64,000 nucleotides of DNA, from positions 12,589 to 76,588 of the IMG/VR virus record IMGVR_UViG_3300032259_000003. The stretch is one strand, 5' to 3'. Within the stretch, counting starts at the first letter, position 1. The number at the start of each line of letters is the position of its first letter. Positions 63,154 to 64,000 of this stretch are shown in pieces. The position numbers and the translations under genes are program-made. The notes under the pieces are model-generated. The model made no database searches. It saw only the letters and a list, made by a program, of their open reading frames with translations, and was not told the DNA's origin. This DNA is from a virus. Taxonomy: Duplodnaviria > Caudoviricetes.

Positions 63154-63362
63154 TAATTAACCTCAAAACTGTAGCTCAAGAAGCTATTCAGCAATGTGAT
63201 GACTTCCCAGGGTTGCCAATGTTGATGGCTATCAATGACACCCGTCACCGGTTAACCGTTGCTGATAAATATACTCAGGAAGATGTGCTCTATCAGGTAG
63301 CACTAATGCGCGGCTCACGTCGGGGCAATTTAAACCGTAATTTTAGAATAGGGGAGTGGTAA
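63150..63362 (+). CDS. Hypothetical protein
   Basis: Identical to 25395-25607. Confidence 0.6.
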   Translation: MIINLKTVAQEAIQQCDDFPGLPMLMAINDTRHRLTVADKYTQEDVLYQVALMRGSRRGNLNRNFRIGEW

Positions 63363-63363
63363 A

Positions 63364-63636
63364 ATGAAGGCTGAAAAGGTTCTAATTCCAATCGGGATTG
63401 CAGAAGATCCGACCTGGTGCAGGGCAATTTCTATAAACAATGATATGACTGTTCTCGACGTTAGTCAAAAGTTGACCATCGGCAATTTGAAGAACAGTGT
63501 TGGAGAGCGCCTAATGACATTACTCCTAGACGGCTATATATTACGTGTCGTTAGTGATAAGACCAACATGTTTATCGAGGCGGTGCATGAAGATTACCTT
63601 TTAGCAAACTATGATGCACAACAAGAAGGAGAGTAA
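63364..63636 (+). CDS. Hypothetical protein
   Basis: Identical to 25609-25881. Confidence 0.6.
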   Translation: MKAEKVLIPIGIAEDPTWCRAISINNDMTVLDVSQKLTIGNLKNSVGERLMTLLLDGYILRVVSDKTNMFIEAVHEDYLLANYDAQQEGE

Positions 63637-63641
63637 CTAGC

Positions 63642-63818
63642 ATGATCGAGTTAAACGAAGAACAAGAAAACAAGTTTTTGATCGGTGTCGTTGAGGCGCG
63701 GGCCGCGTTGGTGGCAATATTGAATATCACGGCTGATGAAGAATATCGCGCGGACCTGCGGCAGGTGATCGCCAGCATTACCGACTTGCAAGACAAATAT
63801 TCACCGCTGCCATTCTGA
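63642..63818 (+). CDS. Hypothetical protein (58 aa)
   Basis: Copy of 25887-26063. Confidence 0.65.
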   Translation: MIELNEEQENKFLIGVVEARAALVAILNITADEEYRADLRQVIASITDLQDKYSPLPF

Positions 63819-63915
63819 TGCACATCTTATTCTGTTGTGGTCTGTGGTTGGTGGTATCCTTTGCCGGGTCGCTATTGATAGCAAAGTTTATCAAGGTTGG
63901 CAAGGGATAAACGCA

Positions 63916-63951
63916 AAACGCGCGACTAGCTGGGTAGTAGTCGCGCGTTTT
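63916..63951 (+). terminator. Intrinsic terminator
   Basis: Copy of 26161-26196. Confidence 0.75.
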
Positions 63952-64000
63952 ATAGGATAAGGCGGGTAATGAATCCGCATTATCAGTCTAACAGATATTA

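Larger units (their letters stand above)
26246..64000 (-). mobile_element. Phage genome unit B (complete 37,755-bp unit, siphovirus-like)
   Basis: Lysin, tail with tape measure, HK97-type head, terminase, replication and early genes. The right end repeats 23801-26245 at an offset of 37,755. Confidence 0.93.
61556..64000. repeat. Long direct repeat, copy 2 (runs to the window end)
   Basis: Same sequence as 23801-26245; the last 30 nt match 26216-26245. Confidence 0.9.

Overview
The whole window is phage DNA: two related tailed-phage genomes lying head-to-tail in the same orientation. Unit A covers 1 to ~26,250; its left part runs off the window inside the head module. Unit B covers ~26,300-64,000, and with the repeat it forms one complete 37,755-bp genome: lysis, siphovirus-like tail, head, packaging, accessory fibre cassette, methylases, replication, recombination and a rightward early operon. 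The two units share closely related accessory-fibre, methylase, primase-helicase, SSB and early genes. They end in an apparently identical 2,445-bp block (23801-26245 = 61556-64000). Their head modules are not recognisably related: A has an SPP1-like portal, scaffold and Mu gpT-like capsid, while B has an HK97-like portal and a protease-capsid fusion. No integrase, partition gene, tRNA, CRISPR array or reverse transcriptase was recognised. Comparing the two copies gives the main findings. (1) An antisense-RNA/leader switch, with face-to-face promoters and covarying stems, sits in front of the replication operon. (2) The first gene of that operon is, in each phage, a truncated look-alike of a downstream replication protein. 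(3) A two-subunit C5 DNA methyltransferase has its catalytic GFPCQ motif split by CCG-TAA-CCA, which is the geometry of a ribosomal stop-hop. (4) Several single genes are inserted between 19-26 bp duplicated junction sequences, often containing an AAGGATAA motif. All calls come from motif recognition and manual alignment; no database searches were run. A Chloroflexota (Anaerolineae-like) host is only a weak impression from the lysin architecture.
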